Positions 58,997-64,000 of a stretch of DNA of 64,000 nucleotides are shown here, piece after piece; position 1 is the first letter of the stretch; each line of letters starts with the position of its first letter. This DNA is from Pseudomonadota bacterium (GTDB lineage: Bacteria > Desulfobacterota > Desulfobacteria > Desulfobacterales > RPRI01): NCBI GenBank assembly GCA_043825875.1, contig JBDRRF010000079.1, forward strand, positions 96,001-160,000, given 5' to 3'. The notes beneath the pieces were generated by a model. That model searched no databases and was not told where the DNA came from. It saw only the letters and a list, made by a program, of their open reading frames with translations. Made by a program: the position numbers and the translations under genes.

Positions 58997-59737
58997 ATGA
59001 ATCTTACAAGAACATTGATACTATTGTGCGCAATCAGTCTGCTAACTGCTTGCGCAACACGTGCTCCCCAAAAAACTCAATGGATTGAAGAAGCATTACT
59101 GCATGATGGTCGTATTATTCATGTAACTAGAGCAATAAAAACAGGTCTGAATTTTGCCATAATTAGATTACCCGACACAAACGGTGTGCCAAAATTTTAT
59201 TCCGTCGAAACACAGAACCCAAATACAGGTGAAGCTGTTTCGTGGGACAGTGAAGACAGTGAAGCACGTCCAATATTCATAGATTTTGATGGAACAATAA
59301 CATATTTAGTCGTTTATGTACCTGGGTTTGACAATACAGAGAAAAAATACGGATGTATTTTTCCACCGTATCTTTTTTTACGACATGACCGAGGTAATAA
59401 GTGGGTTAGAGTTAATCCAAAAGAGGCACCAGAATTCATCAAATATGCTAATTTGTCGTTTGCGTTAATGAAATATCAAATAACTTTAATGCCTAATATG
59501 GAAATTATGCAAGAGGATGAGCGTGAAAGAATTTTAAAAGTACCGGAAGAAAAAAGAGCTGGTTATCAAACAGTTGCAAAAATCAGGCATGAAAACTTGG
59601 AGAAAGAAAGAGAAGGGTACCTTTTTCAGATTGATATTCCACGTAGCATTTCGGATCTGAAGACAAAAAGAAAAATTTTCAGCGGAAATCGAAGATTTAT
59701 GCCTAATAGATGCAAGCAATTTCCTGATGATATGTAG
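58997..59737 (+). CDS. Hypothetical lipoprotein
   Basis: AGGTGA RBS; MNLTRTLILLCAISLLTAC lipobox; WIEEALLHDGRIIHVTR motif. Confidence 0.75.
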   Translation: MNLTRTLILLCAISLLTACATRAPQKTQWIEEALLHDGRIIHVTRAIKTGLNFAIIRLPDTNGVPKFYSVETQNPNTGEAVSWDSEDSEARPIFIDFDGTITYLVVYVPGFDNTEKKYGCIFPPYLFLRHDRGNKWVRVNPKEAPEFIKYANLSFALMKYQITLMPNMEIMQEDERERILKVPEEKRAGYQTVAKIRHENLEKEREGYLFQIDIPRSISDLKTKRKIFSGNRRFMPNRCKQFPDDM

Positions 59738-59750
59738 CAAATCAAAATAT

Positions 59751-59882
59751 TCCTACCGGCTCAATTAACTCGGGCTGCCTCACTGTGTGCTGAATTTCAC
59801 CAGTGTCCAAATCGGTAGGTAGCAAGTTAGTCAAGCAGCACCACTCCGGAGTAGCCAGCTGGTTATCTCATGCACATTAGGT
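59751..59882 (+). other. Highly degenerate attC-like palindrome
   Basis: TCCTACC...TAACTCGGGCTGC / GTAGCCAGCTGGTTA...ATTAGGT between the lipoprotein stop and a 43-aa ORF (59888-60019). Confidence 0.3.
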
Positions 59883-60175
59883 AAATTATGGAAATATTCA
59901 TACCAATCTTATTTGGCATTTGTGGCACTGTAATATGGAAATTATGGGAATGGCCAGGATTGATATCGCTATTTGCAATAATGACAGGGGAAAATTTATG
60001 GAAAGTATTTATCTATTAAACTTGCTGGAAATTATTTAAGCTCACAGCTTTATACCTCAGAATTTAGAAAAATTGTGTTAAGTTAATTAAACATTCACCG
60101 CTGCAAACAACGGGGAATATTCACGTACTTTTTCCGTAGATATAATTTAACCCATGATCAGGAGGTTTTGTCTTT

Positions 60176-61270
60176 ATGAAATGCTTTGTGTATTTGTCCA
60201 GAAAGCTATGTTTAGCTGTTGTGTTTTGTTTCGGGTTGAACTTGTCAGCCGGATTGGCGGCTGAGCAAGGAACAGGTGAAGGGGTTCCCAGCGAAGTGTC
60301 AATAAGCACGAATAATTCTCCAAAGATCCTGTTCGAGGAATTATTTTTTGATTTTGGAAAGGTTTCCCAAAATACGCTGCTTGAACATATATTTGTATTT
60401 AAGAATATCGGCACCGGAGTTTTGCACATTTATAATGTGAAAGCGGGCTGAGCCTGTACAGCAGGCCTGGTCTCTGCCAGAGAGATTCCCCCGGGAGGGG
60501 AAGGAAAAATAAAGCTTAACTTTAAAACAAGCAACAAGTCAGGTAAAAGGACCCAGACGGTTAGAGTCGCCACGGATGATCCTGAAAATGCAAGCATCCA
60601 GCTTAAGATAAGTGCAGAAGTCGAGATAAGGCTGGAGGTAAAACCGGACAGGATAAATTTCGGCCGGATAAAGAAAGGGACAGAACCTTCAGCCCAATAT
60701 ATATCACTTAATGGAGAGGACAAAAATACTACCGAAATCCTCTCTGTATCTTCCAGCAACAAAGATATAAAAGCAGAAATAACTCTTTCCGATCCCGCAG
60801 GCAGGCGTCAAATCCAGCGTGTTAAAGTTTCTGTACTGTCCGGTATAAAAGTCGGTAGATTCAGAGATAACATCACACTTAAAACCAATCATGAAAAAAT
60901 GGATGTTCTAAGCGTATATGTATATGGAGAAGTTATCGGTAATATATCTGTAATTCCGAATTATATCTCCTTTGGCATGTTCAAAAGGGAGGAGAAATAT
61001 GAAAGATCCATAAGACTGAAGTCTGCTCCGAATACGACTTTCAATATCCTGGATGTAAAAACTACGCCCTATGTTAAGGCCGAAGTGTCGACCATTAAGG
61101 AGGGTGAGGAATATATGGTTCAGGTTTCAATGGATGAAAATTTTAAGGGTGATTTTTTGAGGGGAAAAGTACTTATAATCACTGACGAACCGGATCAGGC
61201 CGAGATTGAGGTTAATATTTTCGGGAGGGTTTTTTCACAGCAACCCATAGATATGCAAAAAACTAAGTAG
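60176..61270 (+). CDS. DUF1573-like exported Ig-fold protein, probable selenoprotein (364 aa if the TGA is read through)
   Basis: Single in-frame TGA at 60449-60451 in VKAG-U-ACT, where the family has CxCT; frame stays open to TAG at 61270. Confidence 0.8.
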
Positions 61271-61413
61271 TGTCCGTCCATAAACGGCATCTTGTGACAC
61301 ATATCTGCGTTCTCGCGTTTTTGAAATACTCGACGTAAGCCCATTACGCCTGCGTTTTCAAAAACGCTGCGGCCGTGATCTGAGCCGCAATCTACCATTT
61401 CTGGACGGACACT
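61269..61413 (-). mobile_element. MITE family A, copy 3
   Basis: Perfect TIRs AGTGTCCGTCCA / TGGACGGACACT; TSD AAGT at 61265-61268 and 61414-61417. Confidence 0.93.
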
Positions 61414-61541
61414 AAGTAAATTTTTTCCGGAGCGTTTTACAGACGCAGATCGGATAGATTGCAGACGGTAAATATCGTAATTGAAATATCAGAGCACTTT
61501 GCGCCAAGACATTTATGCCTGGCGCAAAGTGAGCAGATTAT

Positions 61542-63290
61542 TTATCGACGGTTACTCGGTTTTCCCCAGGAGAAGTGCTGCCGTGTTTCCCTGCATTTCC
61601 AATTCGATGCATCGTTTACGTCTCCACCGCGGAATACTGCTTTGCTGGGATAGGGACAAAGTAAAAATGTTCGCGGCGGCGCTGTGGGGGCCGAATTTGT
61701 GATCAGCTCCTTGGGCGGCTTACCCTGCTCCACCCAGCGAACTATGGCCGCTATAGCCTGTTCAGGAGTATCTTGCGGGCCAGGTCCGCCAGCGCAATGG
61801 AACACGCCTGGTGCGATAAAAAGACGGGCAAAAGACTGAGTGTGTCCGAAACCGTGTTGAGATTGTGCCAGGTCTTGATAGTACCGGATCATGTTGAATG
61901 CCGAGATTCCGTTGTCGCTCACGCCATGCCAGAAAATGATCTTGCCGCCGGCTCTTCTGAAAGAGTCCAGACGTGTAGGATCTGCAGTTCCTGAGCCAGG
62001 AAAAACTGCCTCAAAGGTTTCGAACCAATTTGTTACGTCCGTTTTACTGGTAAAATCGAATGTCGTCCAATCGTAGTCCAGACCAAACAGCCCGCGTGAG
62101 TAAGTGTCAAACATGCCTAATCCGGCTGGGTTATAGGGATTGCCCGGTGTCCAATATTCGGGAGACTGCAATCCGATAAAGAATGGTGACCAGCCGCTTG
62201 GGTTTGAGAGGGTGTATCCCAGGTAACTGTATCCGAATAAATCCACACCTTTCAGTATGAGTTTAAGGGTATCGATCTGGGGCGGAGTGAAGAGTGGATG
62301 TGGATGTGAATGTGGAGGTTCTAAGGGCCATGGAGCGTCGACCATTATGCTTGCCCAATCCTCAAAATCTAATTCTATTACCGAAGGATCCCAGATAAGA
62401 CCGTCTATGGCCCCATCGGCTCCGTCATATTCATCCACAAGTATCTGCTCGAACGCTAACAACTGATTATAAGAGATCCATCTATCAGGCACGTCACGAA
62501 TATAAGCGGCGATCATGCCGAAGAAGAAGGGGTTCCCTGCGTTGATTCCGGGTGCGCTGGAAACGACCCCGTCAAAATCTTCAGGATACTCGATGGCAGC
62601 TACATTACCCATGCGACCGCCGCCTGAGCACCCTTCGATATACCGGTACAGGTCACGCTTTTTCGTTCCAAGACCGTAATAGGCCCGGGTGATGTGCTGT
62701 GTGGCGACTGCGGTAACATGGACGCCACGCTTGGCATAGTCCAGTGCCTGGGTCCGATCAACGGCGAAAGTCCAGTCGAGCATGGATTCCATCGTGTTTT
62801 CACCATGGTGACCATCATCAGTGCCGGCGACCGCAAAGCCTTCATCCAACCGAATGTCCGGCGGATCAGGAACGTATCCCGCCGCCCCACCCAAACCGAC
62901 GAAGAAGTACCGGTTTTTGAAATTATCCGGCAAGGCAACCATAAACTTGACCCCGTCATCGGGGTATACGCCATCCGGGTATTCCGGTGTAGCAAGATCG
63001 GGATTCGTAAATCCCTCTGTGTCAATCCAACCGTCGACACGACAGTAATTAGACCCTTCAGGTGTCGACAATGATACTGCGGTTTCAATGATTACGTTGC
63101 TTCCGGGCGGCATTACTGATTGGATATCCGCAACATTACATCCAAGAACATGTGTGGGCGGTCTTGGACAATTTTTCTTCGATGCCTTTCCGATTCCTTT
63201 GGCCAGTACAGAATCCGCAGACCAAAAAATGAATGCCAACAAAAGAAACCATCTGAAACACTTCAAAATGCTTATTTTATTTCCCATCAT
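61542..63290 (-). CDS. Tannase/feruloyl esterase family alpha/beta hydrolase, exported
   Basis: Signal peptide; GCSGGGR nucleophile motif, YPEDFDGV, WHGVSD, PGVFHCAGGPGP, LCPYP. Confidence 0.92.
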   Translation of the reverse strand: MMGNKISILKCFRWFLLLAFIFWSADSVLAKGIGKASKKNCPRPPTHVLGCNVADIQSVMPPGSNVIIETAVSLSTPEGSNYCRVDGWIDTEGFTNPDLATPEYPDGVYPDDGVKFMVALPDNFKNRYFFVGLGGAAGYVPDPPDIRLDEGFAVAGTDDGHHGENTMESMLDWTFAVDRTQALDYAKRGVHVTAVATQHITRAYYGLGTKKRDLYRYIEGCSGGGRMGNVAAIEYPEDFDGVVSSAPGINAGNPFFFGMIAAYIRDVPDRWISYNQLLAFEQILVDEYDGADGAIDGLIWDPSVIELDFEDWASIMVDAPWPLEPPHSHPHPLFTPPQIDTLKLILKGVDLFGYSYLGYTLSNPSGWSPFFIGLQSPEYWTPGNPYNPAGLGMFDTYSRGLFGLDYDWTTFDFTSKTDVTNWFETFEAVFPGSGTADPTRLDSFRRAGGKIIFWHGVSDNGISAFNMIRYYQDLAQSQHGFGHTQSFARLFIAPGVFHCAGGPGPQDTPEQAIAAIVRWVEQGKPPKELITNSAPTAPPRTFLLCPYPSKAVFRGGDVNDASNWKCRETRQHFSWGKPSNRR

Positions 63291-64000
63291 TTTTTACCCT
63301 CCTTAAATTATGTTTTCACAACTGTGGTTGTTGTGCTCTCGAATGCTTTTTCACACACAAAAGATGTTTCTCGGATCGGCAAAATACGGAACTGCATTTC
63401 TTCTTAGCTGATAATAACTAAAGCCATAAGCACTGGAATGAAAAGAACTGAAATGAGAAAGACTGATGATAAATCAACTTATATATCTGATACATGAGGG
63501 TCAACCTTGAGTCAAGGGGAAATAATATGGGGGAAAAATATGGGGGAAAAATATGCCTTTTATCGCATATTTTTTCCCCAATTTTGAACTGTATTGCCCG
63601 CTCTGAATGACACCTGCGCTGCCATAGCATAGCTTAGTGTTCCCATTATTTGAGCTGTAGGAGGATTTTTCCATGATATTTCAGGATATGTGCATGGGAT
63701 GCCGGGACTGCATTGAAGCCTGTCGCTCTGAATGCTGTTATTATTAAAAATGGTACTTGATAAATTATATCCATATAAGTGCATTCCCTTTAATGAAATT
63801 CTATTTCCAGACTTGAGAATAAACCACCTTCGGGCATATCGGAAAAGTAAAAGTGGTATGGGGTCGCATCTTAACGGGCTGTTGCCCAAACCGATATGGG
63901 TTTGTTAAATATTACTTTTATTGTGGCATATTTTTTTATAATAAAGTACTATTATTAATATTAGTGCTTGAATGTATAATATACTTCTGTTATAAAAGAT

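Noticed and set aside
58736..59737. Retron, DGR or defence-associated reverse transcriptase system
   Set aside because: Only the N-terminal intron RVT_N stub is present, with no catalytic RT core, template/variable repeat pair or msr-msd.
147..61413. Repeats as a CRISPR array or tRNA/rRNA genes
   Set aside because: Copies are dispersed, ~145 bp, with TIRs and TSDs; there is no repeat-spacer periodicity, no cas gene and no tRNA/rRNA signature.
872..63407. Numerous 60-190-aa ORFs antisense to or overlapping long genes
   Set aside because: They are shadow frames of well-supported genes and lack motifs or an RBS.
63418..63889. Short ORFs and a 14-bp tandem repeat (AATATGGGGGAAAA-like, about 63524-63554)
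   Set aside because: No recognisable protein motifs; a two-copy duplication in non-coding DNA is probably slippage.

Overview
AT-rich bacterial chromosomal window. Gene content and repeat style suggest an anaerobic deltaproteobacterium, probably Desulfobacterales (inference). Housekeeping blocks are msrAB, recB-recD (no recC in the window), tupABC tungstate uptake with its regulator, a CcdA/TlpA/peroxiredoxin redox cluster and a corrinoid-completion operon (cbiA-cobQ-cobU-cobS-cobD-cbiB). Structure not visible in the ORF track: (1) an integrase-less integron cassette array on the minus strand (about 5.4-9.4 kb, with a decayed tail to about 0.8 kb), in which several cassettes have complementary start and end core sites; (2) two ~145-bp MITE families (3 and 5 copies, 4-bp TSDs) with different ends but a shared ERIC-like AAGGC/AACGC rod-hairpin core, three copies sitting exactly on stop codons and one splitting a gene; (3) an IS1182-family element inserted in the loop of a REP-like hairpin inside a third small element; (4) a probable selenoprotein (DUF1573-like, in-frame TGA in a UxC motif) that the ORF caller split in two; (5) a chimera of an OYE fragment, a group II intron RT fragment and a lipoprotein; (6) a SET-domain/PrpD/MBL trio in the position where recC normally lies. 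All calls come from reading motifs by eye; no database search or folding program was run.
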